Assembly (NCBI GenBank): GCA_001303705.1
Contig: LJUI01000007.1
Coordinates: 1 to 62,985 of the forward strand
Source of the DNA: a candidate division TA06 bacterium SM23_40
GTDB taxonomy: Bacteria > LJUI01 > SM1-40
Direction of reading: 5' to 3'
Length of the DNA stretch: 62,985 nt
The translations under genes and the position numbers were made by a program. Every line of letters starts with the position of its first letter. Position 1 is the first letter of the stretch. The notes under the pieces are model-generated. The model was not told the origin of the DNA, did no database searches, and saw only the letters and a list, made by a program, of their open reading frames with translations. Positions 54,459 to 62,985 of the stretch are shown one piece after another.

Positions 54459-56903
54459 ATGTCTGTCGATCTCACACGGTTCGAGGTACCGGTCGAGAAC
54501 CTCTGCTGGATCTGTCCGGATGAGCACTTCCCGTTCGAAACCACGGATGATCTCAGTGCCAGCTATGAGATTATCGGGCAGGACCGGGCAGTAAGGGCGA
54601 TCGAGCTGGGACTCAACATCGAGAGCGTGGGGTACAACATCTTCATTACCGGTCTAGTGGGGACAGGGAGGAATACGACAATCAAGTTGCTCCTCGATGG
54701 CATCGAGAAGGACCGGCCCACCCCTGACGACAAGTGCTATGTACACAATTTCCGATACCCAGACATGCCTAAGGTCATTAGCCTCCCTGCGGGGAAAGGC
54801 ACCGTACTGGTCAAGGCGATGGACGATCTGCTGGACCGGATCCCCGAGCATCTGCGTGCCCTGCTCGAGAGCGAGGAGTTCCAGGAGCGGCGAAAGGCGG
54901 TCGCCGAACGATTCCAGAAGAAGCAGCGCGAGCTGATCGAGGAGTTCGATAAGAAAGTGAAAGCAGATGGGTTCACGCTCGTCCAGGTCCAGGTCGGCAC
55001 ATTCACGCGTCCTGACCTGGTCCCAGTTGTAGATGGAGAGCCAGTCGACCCGGCTCAGCTCGAAGCGCTCGTCGAGCAGGGCAAGTTCCCCAGAGACCGG
55101 TTCGATGCGCTCAAGGAGCGCTACCGTGAGCTCGCAGAGGAACTCGCCCAGACCTATAAACAGACGACCGCGCTTGAGCGAGAGGCGCGATCCGCCCTCG
55201 AATCCCTCACTCATGAAACGGTGGCCCCGCTCATCGACCATCTCCTGGAAGAGATCAAAGAGAAGGTGCCGAGCAAAGAGGTCTTCGCCCATCTGGACGA
55301 AGTGAAACAGAGTGTCCTCGACAACCTGGAGCGTTTCAGCACCGGTGCAGAGCCCACCGCCGAAGCTGAACCTCTTCCTCCGGAGGCCGATCCTTTTCTC
55401 GAGTATCGGGTCAATCTCATCATAGACAACTCGCGGACATCCGGCCCCCCGATCGTTTTCGAGAATTCACCCTCGTACAAGAATCTCTTCGGGACGATCG
55501 AACGGGTCACGGATCGCTCCGGCCAGTGGCGAACGGACTTCACGCGGATCAGAGCCGGCTCCTTTGTCCGGGCAAACGGAGGGTTTCTGATCGTCAATGC
55601 GCTCGACGCCCTCACAGAGCCAGGCGTTTGGGTAGCTCTGAAGCGAGCGCTGCGCAATCGCACCGTCGAGATCCAGAGCTATGATCCATTCTACATGTTC
55701 ACGACATCGGCCCTCAAGCCGGAAGCAATCGAGTGCGATACGAAGGTGATCATGATCGGGGATCCCGGACTGTACCAGCTGCTGTACGAGAACGACCATG
55801 ATTTCAGAAAGATATTCAAAATCAAAGCGGACTTCGACTCCGTCATGCCGCAGACGATGGATTCCATCATGCAGTACGCCCGGTTCATCAAGAAGATCTG
55901 TGACGACGAGGGCTTACTCCCATTCGACAAAACCGGCGTCGGAGCAGTCGTCGAATATGGCAGCCGCCTCGCGGGCAAGCAATCGAAGCTCTCGACGTGG
56001 TTCACCTACATCGCGGACGTGCTGCGTGAGGCCACATACTGGGCAAGACAGCAGAAGAGCACGGTGGTGCGGTTCGAGCATGTCGATCATGCGATCCAGG
56101 AACGGATCAAGCGGCTCAATCTCGTGGAAGAGAAGATCCAGGAGATGATCGACGAGGGATCGATCATGATCGACACAGAAGGACGCATCGTGGGGCAGGT
56201 GAATGGTCTATCAGTCTACCTCATGGGCGACCATGCATTCGGCAAACCGTCGCGGATCACGGCGCAGATAGCCATGGGGCGCTCGGGGATCATCGACATC
56301 GAGCGGGAGGCAGAACTCGGGGGCAGAACGCACAATAAGGGCGTGCTCATCCTGAGCGGCTACTTACGCGGCAAGTACGCTCAGGACAAGCCGCTGGCGA
56401 TCAGCGCGAGCCTCTGTTTCGAACAGTCATATAGCGACATCGATGGTGACAGCGCGTCGTCGAGCGAGCTGTATGCACTACTCTCCAGCATCTCCGGCAT
56501 ACCTCTCCGCCAGGACATTGCCGTCACAGGCTCGGTCAACCAGAAGGGCGAGATCCAGCCCATCGGGAGCGTCAACCACAAAATCGAAGGTTTCTTCGAC
56601 GTCTGTAAAACCAGAGGCCTGACAAGCACACAGGGAGTGATGATCCCGCATCAGAACATGAAGGATCTGATGCTCCGCAGAGATGTCATCGAGGCGGTGA
56701 GAGAGAAGAAGTTCCACATCTATGCGGTGAAGACGATCGACGAGGGGATTGAGCTCTTGACCGGCATGCCGGCGGGGGAACGGGGCGAGGATGGGACCTA
56801 CCCTGAGAAGACGATCAACCGGCTCGTCGACGACAGACTCACCAAGCTCGTCACCGGGCTGAAGCAGTTCGGGGGCGAGGCAGAAGAGACGCACTCCGAG
56901 TGA
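54459..56903 (+). CDS. Lon-like protease with AAA-like module lacking the Walker-A lysine (LonC-like) and a long helical insertion
   Basis: AAGGAGG RBS. The P-loop-like motif ITGLVGTGRNTT has no Lys. A charged helical insertion of about 200 aa follows. The C-terminal S16 domain has SDIDGDSASSSELYALLS (Ser) and IGSVNHKIEGF (Lys). Confidence 0.75.
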   Translation: MSVDLTRFEVPVENLCWICPDEHFPFETTDDLSASYEIIGQDRAVRAIELGLNIESVGYNIFITGLVGTGRNTTIKLLLDGIEKDRPTPDDKCYVHNFRYPDMPKVISLPAGKGTVLVKAMDDLLDRIPEHLRALLESEEFQERRKAVAERFQKKQRELIEEFDKKVKADGFTLVQVQVGTFTRPDLVPVVDGEPVDPAQLEALVEQGKFPRDRFDALKERYRELAEELAQTYKQTTALEREARSALESLTHETVAPLIDHLLEEIKEKVPSKEVFAHLDEVKQSVLDNLERFSTGAEPTAEAEPLPPEADPFLEYRVNLIIDNSRTSGPPIVFENSPSYKNLFGTIERVTDRSGQWRTDFTRIRAGSFVRANGGFLIVNALDALTEPGVWVALKRALRNRTVEIQSYDPFYMFTTSALKPEAIECDTKVIMIGDPGLYQLLYENDHDFRKIFKIKADFDSVMPQTMDSIMQYARFIKKICDDEGLLPFDKTGVGAVVEYGSRLAGKQSKLSTWFTYIADVLREATYWARQQKSTVVRFEHVDHAIQERIKRLNLVEEKIQEMIDEGSIMIDTEGRIVGQVNGLSVYLMGDHAFGKPSRITAQIAMGRSGIIDIEREAELGGRTHNKGVLILSGYLRGKYAQDKPLAISASLCFEQSYSDIDGDSASSSELYALLSSISGIPLRQDIAVTGSVNQKGEIQPIGSVNHKIEGFFDVCKTRGLTSTQGVMIPHQNMKDLMLRRDVIEAVREKKFHIYAVKTIDEGIELLTGMPAGERGEDGTYPEKTINRLVDDRLTKLVTGLKQFGGEAEETHSE

Positions 56904-56906
56904 ATC

Positions 56907-58625
56907 CTACTCCGCACCGCCATACATATCTGTCAATCGGTATTCTCTGAGCCGGCGGTTTTCCAGCCGAAAGATGAATGTCCGCTCAGGATCGAGCAAC
57001 AGGCGACCGGAACCCCCAATTCCCTGATATGCCTCGGCTTGCGTCCCGGGGGATCCCTCGATAACCGCACCCTCCCGGCCGAATCTCAGGTACTTCTCCT
57101 CGTACACACCCAGACTCGTATCCCCATACCAGAGCCGGGGGCCGGAGTCCTTATCGAATGCCCAGACGTCGACTCCCCCGAAGATGAGAACGGCGCCGCG
57201 AGGCAGGGTAGGGTGAGCCTCGCGGAGACCGGCGCGCACTATCTCCACTGTCGCTCCCTTTCTCACCAGATCATTCGTCCCGCTGAGCCACATACCGCCC
57301 ACCCCCTTCCTATCCATTGTCTGGAAGAGCCGCGCCGATGAGAGGAGATGTGCTCCCACGAAGACCGTCAGGATGACCGGAACGAGACGCTTGCTGTGCC
57401 TCCACCCCCGCAGCGCTCCCGCCACAAACCCGACGACCAGAACGAGAAAGGGAGTAAACGCATAGAGGAGATAGTAGCGATATGAATGGTTGGGAAGAAA
57501 GAGGAACGGCCCGATACCGAAGGCCAGCCATACTCCCCAGAACAGTGGCAGGGCCGCGCCCCTAAAGACTTCACCCCTCGTCTTCCCCCTCGCGCGAGCG
57601 GCCCAGAGGAGCGCAAACAGACCCAGGACGACGACCACGAGAATAGCCGCGAGTGCGGCGATGGTCGGGTTGGTCCTCAGCCATACCAAACCTTCTCTGG
57701 TTCCCATACGGACTCCCTTAACCGGGGATATCGCATCTAGCCCCCACACGAAATACCGACAGACGTTCCTCAGCACGTGCACTCCCACCAGCCGAACCTT
57801 GTACGGATGCGCCTCCGGCAGCGCCAAGGGCGATGGAGCTTGGGTCTTCACTATGATGTAGGCGGCGAGGACAAGACCCTGTGGCCAGAGCTTCGCGAGC
57901 GAACTCCGCATGCGCCCAAAGAGTGTCTTTTCTCCGTCGCCAACCAGCAGCGCGTATGCAACGTACACGGGGAGAAGAGCGACGATCGACTCCTTCATTG
58001 ATATGGCAACCAGGAACGCCACGGCTGATATCCTGAACCGCCCTCTTATGACCAAGAGCAGAGAGAGTGAGAAGAAGAATGTTCCTCCGACATCGTTGAT
58101 ACCCACGCACCAGAGGAGTGGATCGAGATGGACCGGCACGGAGGCGGCGTACAGAAATCCGACCATCCAGGCAAGGAACCAGTCGAAGATGACCGCCCGC
58201 ATGATGAAGACGATGAGGAGTGACGTAATGAAGTGGAGGACGAGCGCAGTCAGATGGTAGGGGATCGGATTGAGCCCGAAGAGCTGGTGGGCAGCCAGAA
58301 AGTAGAGCGTGCTCCCGGGGCGATAGAGAAGCTTACCTGCGGGCGAGAGCCCCTCCCTGAGGAACGCAGCCGGCCCGCCGTCCGCTATCGAGTTGAGAAC
58401 TCCCCAGTCATCCTGGATAAAGGGATAGCCGATGACTCGCCAGAAGACCACGCCGATCGCTAGCGCGAGGAGGATGGGAAGACCTATCGTCACCAGGGGG
58501 GAGCTTCTGGGCTCTCCGCTCAAGACTCGCCTACCCTCCGTCGTTGACGAAGTGGGGAGGTCACGGCGTGATCCGCAACGTTCCGAGATACGGGGTTCGG
58601 AATGCCGGTCAGGCTCGCCACACAT
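56907..58625 (-). CDS. Polytopic GT-C-fold membrane glycosyltransferase (PMT/ArnT-like)
   Basis: More than 10 predicted TM helices. The first-loop acidic motif is YPFIQDDWGVLN. The C-terminal region is soluble. The exact start is uncertain. Confidence 0.6.
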   Translation of the reverse strand: MCGEPDRHSEPRISERCGSRRDLPTSSTTEGRRVLSGEPRSSPLVTIGLPILLALAIGVVFWRVIGYPFIQDDWGVLNSIADGGPAAFLREGLSPAGKLLYRPGSTLYFLAAHQLFGLNPIPYHLTALVLHFITSLLIVFIMRAVIFDWFLAWMVGFLYAASVPVHLDPLLWCVGINDVGGTFFFSLSLLLVIRGRFRISAVAFLVAISMKESIVALLPVYVAYALLVGDGEKTLFGRMRSSLAKLWPQGLVLAAYIIVKTQAPSPLALPEAHPYKVRLVGVHVLRNVCRYFVWGLDAISPVKGVRMGTREGLVWLRTNPTIAALAAILVVVVLGLFALLWAARARGKTRGEVFRGAALPLFWGVWLAFGIGPFLFLPNHSYRYYLLYAFTPFLVLVVGFVAGALRGWRHSKRLVPVILTVFVGAHLLSSARLFQTMDRKGVGGMWLSGTNDLVRKGATVEIVRAGLREAHPTLPRGAVLIFGGVDVWAFDKDSGPRLWYGDTSLGVYEEKYLRFGREGAVIEGSPGTQAEAYQGIGGSGRLLLDPERTFIFRLENRRLREYRLTDMYGGAE

Positions 58626-58728
58626 CGATCATCGGCTGGCCATTATACCCGCTGGCACCCGAAAAAGCAACATCACCTTGGATCACGCTATCCCTGCACA
58701 AGATCACACTACCCTAGATCAGCCCACA

Positions 58729-60640
58729 ATCGAGTAGGAGGGGGCCTCACGGCCCCCGTCCTCTCACACCACCGGACATACTTATCGTATCCGGCGGTTT
58801 CTTCCAGTGGGTTAACTCGACATACCTCTCGGTGAGGCTCACGAGTCCCTGCTCCCGGAACCAATCGAGCGACATCGCTTGCGCTGCCTGCGGGCTCCCT
58901 GCCAGGCGCCACCAGCCTTTGCCGGACAGGGCGAGCAACCAGGCGCGCCATTCGGGCACGCCCTGCTGTCGCAAGAAGTCCGCAATCGGCTTGGCACGCT
59001 TCCGCTGCTTGAGACGCACACAGCGCAGCCTCCGGCGAGTCCATTCATCCAACCGGGATAGGTGCTTCCGACACTCCGCATACCGGAAGTAGGTCACCCA
59101 CCCCCGCAAGAACTCGTTGAGCTCGCCGATCATCTTCCTGAGGCTTACACCTCGGTTGCGCCGTGTAATGCGCCGTATCCGATCCTTCACGCGTCTGAGA
59201 CTCTCGGGCGCTATCACCAATCGCCCACCAGGGAGAACCCGGTGGCCGAGGAACTTCCTCCTCCCTACCACGTCCACCCCGCTCTTGTCCCCGTTCACGC
59301 GCAACCGCAGCCTCTTCTCCAGAAACTGCGTTATCGAAGCCATCACTCGCTCACCTGCCGCCTGCGACCGAACGTATATGTTGCAATCGTCCGCGTAACG
59401 GCAAAACGAGTGGCCTCGCCGCTCCAGCTCCTTGTCCAGATCATCCAGCAGGAGATTCGCAAGCAGCGGAGAGAGCGGCCCGCCCTGCGGCGTCCCCTCG
59501 TGTCGCCTCACACACACCCCATCTCGCATAATCCCCGCTTCCAGGAAGCGCCGGACTATGCGCAGCAGACGCTTGTCAGCAACACGGCGGGCCAGACGGG
59601 ACATCAGCACGTCGTGGTTCACCCGATCAAAGAACTTGTCCAGATCGATGTCCACCACGATCAGACGCCCGTCAGCTACATACTCCTGCGCCTTGCGGAG
59701 CGCCTGATGGGCACTCCGCCCCGGGCGGAACCCGTAGCTCGACTCCGAAAAGGTCGGATCCAACAGCGGTTCGAGCACCTGGAGTAGCGCCTGCTGCACC
59801 AACCGGTCAACCACGGTCGGAATGCTCAATGCTCGCATCCCTCCGCCAGGCTTCGGTATCTCCACCCTGCGCACCGGCTGTGGTCGATACGTCCCGTCGA
59901 GCAACGAAGCTACGAGCTCCTCCTTGTGCTCGCTCAACCAGTCGCCCAGACCCTCGACGGTCATCCCGTCTGCGCCTGGCGCACCCTGGTTGCGCTTCAC
60001 CCTCTTATAGGCCCGGTTCAGGTTACCTCGCTTACATACCTCCTCCATCAAGGCACTCGTCAAGGCTCGTTGCTGGCCAGACGCCGTGGACACTTGCCGC
60101 TCCTCGAACGCGCTAGCTCCGGTTCCGCCTTCGCTCCCCGCGCCGTGGCGCACAGAACCCTCTACATCCCCAAACAGGTGCAGCTGGTATCCCATGCCTT
60201 GCTGCTGCTCCGTGTCCATCGAGCCTCCCAGACTGACTCCTTGCACCGGAAGATTCGGCCCTTCGTCCCGCTCAGTACACCGGGACTACTATGGCCTCTG
60301 CTGACTCCTCTCCGTCCATCCCGCTCCGTCACCAGAGCGGTAGTCCATTCCAACCGGACAGACCGAGAGGCCTCCCAGGGTAACTCACGCATCCTTCCTT
60401 CGGTGCCCGCCGGATTTACCTGCGCGCGTGCCCGGATGACTATCGGGCATCCCCGTCCCATGCCGGGTTACCCCACCGCGCCGGCCTAATATCCGGTTCC
60501 TGTTCGTCGGGCCCGAAGTGTGCCGTCCGCTTCCTTCAGATTCCGCCTCGCGACGGACACCCTTGCCTGGGCTCACGGTTCCGGTCATCACGGCCCGTAG
60601 AGGACTCTCACCTCCTCGATACATGACATGCCTGGCACAC
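58729..60640 (-). mobile_element. Bacterial class C (IIC) group II intron with intron-encoded RT/maturase
   Basis: The minus-strand 5' end reads GUGUGCCAGGCAUG...GGUGAGAGUCC...CAAGGGUGUCCGUCGCGAGGCGGAAUCUGAAGGAAGCGGACGGCA. Domain V ACCGCCGGAUACGAUAAGUAUGUCCGGUGGU carries a CGC triad. Domain VI has a bulged A 6 nt before a terminal AU at about 58729. The intron starts right after a terminator hairpin plus T5. Confidence 0.9.
58747..60246 (-). CDS. Group II intron reverse transcriptase/maturase
   Basis: RT blocks: RVEIPKPGGGMRALSIPTVVDR, FRPGRSAHQA, DIDLDKFFDRVNH, GTPQGGPLSPLLANLLL, FCRYADDCNIY. Maturase X domain: FLGH...LNEFLRGWVTYFRYA. The likely true start is ATG 60219 (GGGAGG upstream). 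Confidence 0.95.
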   Translation of the reverse strand: MQGVSLGGSMDTEQQQGMGYQLHLFGDVEGSVRHGAGSEGGTGASAFEERQVSTASGQQRALTSALMEEVCKRGNLNRAYKRVKRNQGAPGADGMTVEGLGDWLSEHKEELVASLLDGTYRPQPVRRVEIPKPGGGMRALSIPTVVDRLVQQALLQVLEPLLDPTFSESSYGFRPGRSAHQALRKAQEYVADGRLIVVDIDLDKFFDRVNHDVLMSRLARRVADKRLLRIVRRFLEAGIMRDGVCVRRHEGTPQGGPLSPLLANLLLDDLDKELERRGHSFCRYADDCNIYVRSQAAGERVMASITQFLEKRLRLRVNGDKSGVDVVGRRKFLGHRVLPGGRLVIAPESLRRVKDRIRRITRRNRGVSLRKMIGELNEFLRGWVTYFRYAECRKHLSRLDEWTRRRLRCVRLKQRKRAKPIADFLRQQGVPEWRAWLLALSGKGWWRLAGSPQAAQAMSLDWFREQGLVSLTERYVELTHWKKPPDTISMSGGVRGRGP

Positions 60641-60641
60641 C

Positions 60642-60680
60642 AAAAAGGAGATCCGCTCAGCGCATCCACCTGAGCGGATC
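60642..60680 (-). terminator. Rho-independent terminator of the beta-helix gene; insertion landmark of the IIC intron
   Basis: Minus strand: GATCCGCTCAG, a 9-nt loop, CTGAGCGGATC, then TCC and TTTTT. The next bases are G and GUGUG, the intron 5' end. Confidence 0.8.
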
Positions 60681-60791
60681 CCAGTAGGGCTCTCAGCACG
60701 TTTGGGTGGCCTATCCCATGGCCACCTGTATCCCGTATGGACAGGAATGGCCGCGTTCCTAGACCCCTAGCCTTGGGAGTCCCTCTTATCC

Positions 60792-62363
60792 TCACTGTGG
60801 CTGCACGACCGAGAACTCGAAGCTGTCCTCGTCGTACAGCGTCGCTGGTGGTATCCCGATCTTCGACTGATATGTGTACAGACCGAGCGGTGCCACCAAG
60901 GGCACCTCGTGGCTCAGGTAACGCTGCACCGTGAAATCAGCTGGCAGGGTATGCGGGTCCGGCCCCATCACACTTAGCGTATCACCACTCGGCAGAATAA
61001 CCTGCGTCAGCAACCAAAACGGCTCAGGCTGCCCCCAGCGGTTGATGGCAGTATAGGTCACCCCAAGGACGCCTCCAGGTGCGATCTCAATAGTATCGGG
61101 CGTCAGATACAGTGTAACGTAGTCATCCTGGTCGAAATAATGCGCGCCCATATCGGCTCGGGTGCCGTCGGGGTCGAGCGATCCTGGATCCCCGGCGTCT
61201 ATACAAGGGGAGTCCCAAAGGAGACGATAATCTGTTCTCTCGCCGAGCACAAACATGGGATCGGCATTGATATTGCCCGTACCCGGCCACCCGCCCGCTA
61301 TATCAGAGTAGTTGACGGAGATTGCGCTGGAGCTCAGATGAATCTCCGGATCCGTGTCGGCTTCGTTAGCCCAGAGGATCGAGTTGATAATCGCCGAGGA
61401 AAGATCCCAGTGGATGAATATGCCACCGCCCGCGGAGTCGGCCAGGTTGGCTGTGATCGTGTTCTCCCCCATAGCCAGAGAGGATTCGTCACTGAATATG
61501 CCACCACCATAGTCGGCTCTGTTGTGGGCCATGGTGTTGCCATGGATGGTCGCGTGAGACGACCAGCCACATGAGATCCCGCCTCCGCGTTCCCCCGCAA
61601 CATTCCCAGCCATAGCGTTGTTGGCGATGGCGGCAGCACAGAGATCATAGCAGAATATGCCACCCCCCTCAAGACTGGCGGTGTTGCCTGTGATAGTATT
61701 CCCCTCAATGATCGGGCAACTGACCCAAGAGCAACCGATCCCACCACCCCAACCGTCATGGGCATCGTTCCCGCAGATCCTGTTCCCGATGATAGCCGGA
61801 GAAGACCAATCAAAGCATTCGATGCCGCCGCCGGAGGACGCGGCATTGCCTAGGATGGTGTTACGCTCTATGGCTGGAGAAGAGCTGAACACGCAGGCGA
61901 TTCCACCACCTGACCAAGCTGCTACATTCGCTATGATCTTGTTGTCCGCGATGGTCGGAGAGGAATCGTCGCAGAGAATCCCGCCACCGTAGTTGTCTTT
62001 CCAGTCTCCACGTGCATGCCCGTTGGTAACCGTGAATCCCTGGACCACTGACGACGACTGCTCACCGCTATGAAAGTGGAATCCGCGATGAGGATCTTGC
62101 GCGCTTCCTTCGCAGTCGATAATTGTGACTTCCGCGCCGTTCGAAGACATGACCACGATCGGTTTGCCACCGAAATCGATATCTCGGTTGCCGTCGCCCC
62201 TGTAAATACCATTGGCTACTAGCACCGTGTCGCCGTACCACGCGGCACTAACTCCTGCCTGGATGGTGGCATACTGGCTCGGCACGTGCAAAACCGTCGC
62301 CGAGACATTCGCGCCCAGCCCGACAGCCAGTGCTGCCACTACTTGAGTTGTCCGCTTCTGCAT
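60792..62363 (-). CDS. Secreted right-handed parallel beta-helix (PbH1/pectate-lyase-fold) repeat protein with the same C-terminal beta-domain as the 13702 gene product
   Basis: Signal peptide MQKRTTQVVAALAVGLGANVSA. About 10 repeats of the type GGGI.C..SSP.I..N.I..N.A. C-terminal domain: VTLYLTPDTIEIAPGGVLGVTYTAIN...VPLVAPLGLYTYQSKIG...YDEDSFEFSV. Confidence 0.8.
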   Translation of the reverse strand: MQKRTTQVVAALAVGLGANVSATVLHVPSQYATIQAGVSAAWYGDTVLVANGIYRGDGNRDIDFGGKPIVVMSSNGAEVTIIDCEGSAQDPHRGFHFHSGEQSSSVVQGFTVTNGHARGDWKDNYGGGILCDDSSPTIADNKIIANVAAWSGGGIACVFSSSPAIERNTILGNAASSGGGIECFDWSSPAIIGNRICGNDAHDGWGGGIGCSWVSCPIIEGNTITGNTASLEGGGIFCYDLCAAAIANNAMAGNVAGERGGGISCGWSSHATIHGNTMAHNRADYGGGIFSDESSLAMGENTITANLADSAGGGIFIHWDLSSAIINSILWANEADTDPEIHLSSSAISVNYSDIAGGWPGTGNINADPMFVLGERTDYRLLWDSPCIDAGDPGSLDPDGTRADMGAHYFDQDDYVTLYLTPDTIEIAPGGVLGVTYTAINRWGQPEPFWLLTQVILPSGDTLSVMGPDPHTLPADFTVQRYLSHEVPLVAPLGLYTYQSKIGIPPATLYDEDSFEFSVVQPQ

Positions 62364-62810
62364 GGGGTCACCCTCCTCGCTACAGCCCCCTGTGACGACG
62401 TGCGTCTACACGCCTCCTCAATCCCACATCCTCACCTCGGTCCCGGTGCTCATGCACCGCCCCCAAGAATTCACGGCTACTTCCTCTGAACTCTCACTAG
62501 CGAGTCTGAAGTGCGTAGCCGCTTACTTCCACGTTATTCTGTTGATTTGAGTCGACCGCGCAGCCTACCCTCGCCGAGCCAGTGCCTCGATACTCAACCC
62601 TAAGCACCTTCCCAGACCCACCTTTCTGGTCGCTGTATCGATGCGCACCTGTCTGCCCCAACGCCAGAGGCCGGGGCGGATCATGCTTTATTCATTCTGG
62701 TCTGACTATCGACCCAGACCCTATAAGCCGAAATTAGCTCTGTCAAGAGAAAAAAGAGCGGTCCCTTAGGAAGTCTTCTAGACATAGCACCCCTTCAGAG
62801 CTCTATTGTT

Positions 62811-62985
62811 ATGGGCCTGGCCGCCCTCGACATCTGCAGATGGCGAACGCTTCCCCAAGAGGAGTTCTACCTTCTGGTCACCAGGCTCCCCGGGTTGGTG
62901 TCCCAGAGCGTACTTTTGTGGGATCTGTCAAGAATTGAGATGAGGCGGGTCGCGAGGGGACGTACCAGGATGAGCCTTCTACCTC
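62811..62985 (+). CDS. Possible 5' end of a gene running off the right edge (hypothetical)
   Basis: Not in the track because it has no stop. ATG 62811 opens a frame that stays open for 58 codons to the window end (MGLAALDICRWRTLPQEEFYLLVTRLPGLVSQS...). There is no clear RBS, and it lies next to a lower-GC patch at 62.68-62.83 kb. Confidence 0.2.
   Translation, partial: MGLAALDICRWRTLPQEEFYLLVTRLPGLVSQSVLLWDLSRIEMRRVARGRTRMSLLP

Noticed and set aside
58747-60246. The reverse transcriptase as part of a retron, DGR or defence-associated RT system.
   Set aside because: It has the maturase X domain and sits inside recognisable group II intron RNA domains (GUGUG 5' end, domains V and VI). I saw no template/variable repeat pair, no msr/msd-like inverted repeats and no adjacent effector gene.
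62718-62746. Minus-strand TTGACA-N17-TAGGGT as the promoter of the beta-helix gene.
   Set aside because: The -10 box is weak and the site lies about 350 nt from the start codon. It is plausible but not supported well enough to list as a feature.
1-62985. Genome-wide stop-codon reassignment (TGA=Gly or Trp, TAG sense) as an explanation for the three in-frame stops at 2406, 29810 and 29963.
   Set aside because: Many well-defined genes in the window end exactly where their families end at TGA or TAG (for example ridA at TGA 3279-3281, the ptb copy at TAG 27956-27958, the RT at TGA 58747-58749). ORFs are not otherwise fragmented. Only local recoding, pseudogenisation or consensus error remain plausible.

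Overview
62,985-bp bacterial chromosomal window of roughly 60% GC. I saw no rRNA, tRNA or CRISPR array. It appears to come from an uncultivated lineage whose secreted proteins carry FlgD-like/T9SS-type C-terminal sorting domains. Layout from left to right: (1) At the left edge on the minus strand, a partial M6 metalloprotease that the ORF track misses because it runs off the edge. It is preceded by a small secreted protein broken by one in-frame TGA. (2) ridA, an OmpA/MotB-like gene plus a DUF5683-like membrane protein, a promoter-to-terminator unit that looks like an orphan ~95-nt RNA, and a choice-of-anchor-J-like T9SS-tail protein. (3) A 1,807-aa chimeric regulator (Ser/Thr kinase + P-loop NTPase + TPR + GAF + sigma54-type AAA+ + Fis HTH). 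Downstream are two textbook sigma54 promoters (TGGCAC-N5-TTGCT). Each has the same palindrome GGTGCGG-N8-CCGCACC about 120-130 bp upstream. One fronts an FG-GAP/DNRLRE protein. The other fronts a 415-nt structured leader, an orphan fused ECF-type double ATPase and a T9SS-tail glycoside hydrolase. (4) A 20.6-kb all-minus-strand block (21.6-42.2 kb): purD, purE, a TsaC::LMW-phosphatase fusion, cobO, meaB, an acyl-CoA mutase large subunit with the isobutyryl-CoA-mutase Phe/Gln signature, an isochorismatase-family protein, a double-length M16 peptidase, hbd, crt, a MoaD/ThiS-like protein, buk (two in-frame stops), two tandem ptb genes, the mutase B12-binding subunit, an acyl-CoA dehydrogenase, a carboxyltransferase with an in-frame ~40-aa deletion, accC and a BCCP. 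(5) An SLC12-like transporter. It is followed by a 292-bp promoter cassette bracketed by perfect 28-bp inverted repeats (candidate invertible switch or MITE) directly upstream of a LamG-like T9SS-tail protein and a T9SS-tail subtilisin. (6) MscS-family channel, DUF547 protein, transglutaminase/DUF3857 protein, nitroreductase, a LonC-like protease, and a GT-C membrane glycosyltransferase. (7) A class C group II intron inserted just after the terminator of a beta-helix protein gene. Several sigma70-type promoters of the form TTGACA-N17-TAnnnT are visible. All product calls rest on motifs I recognised in the translations. No database search was run.
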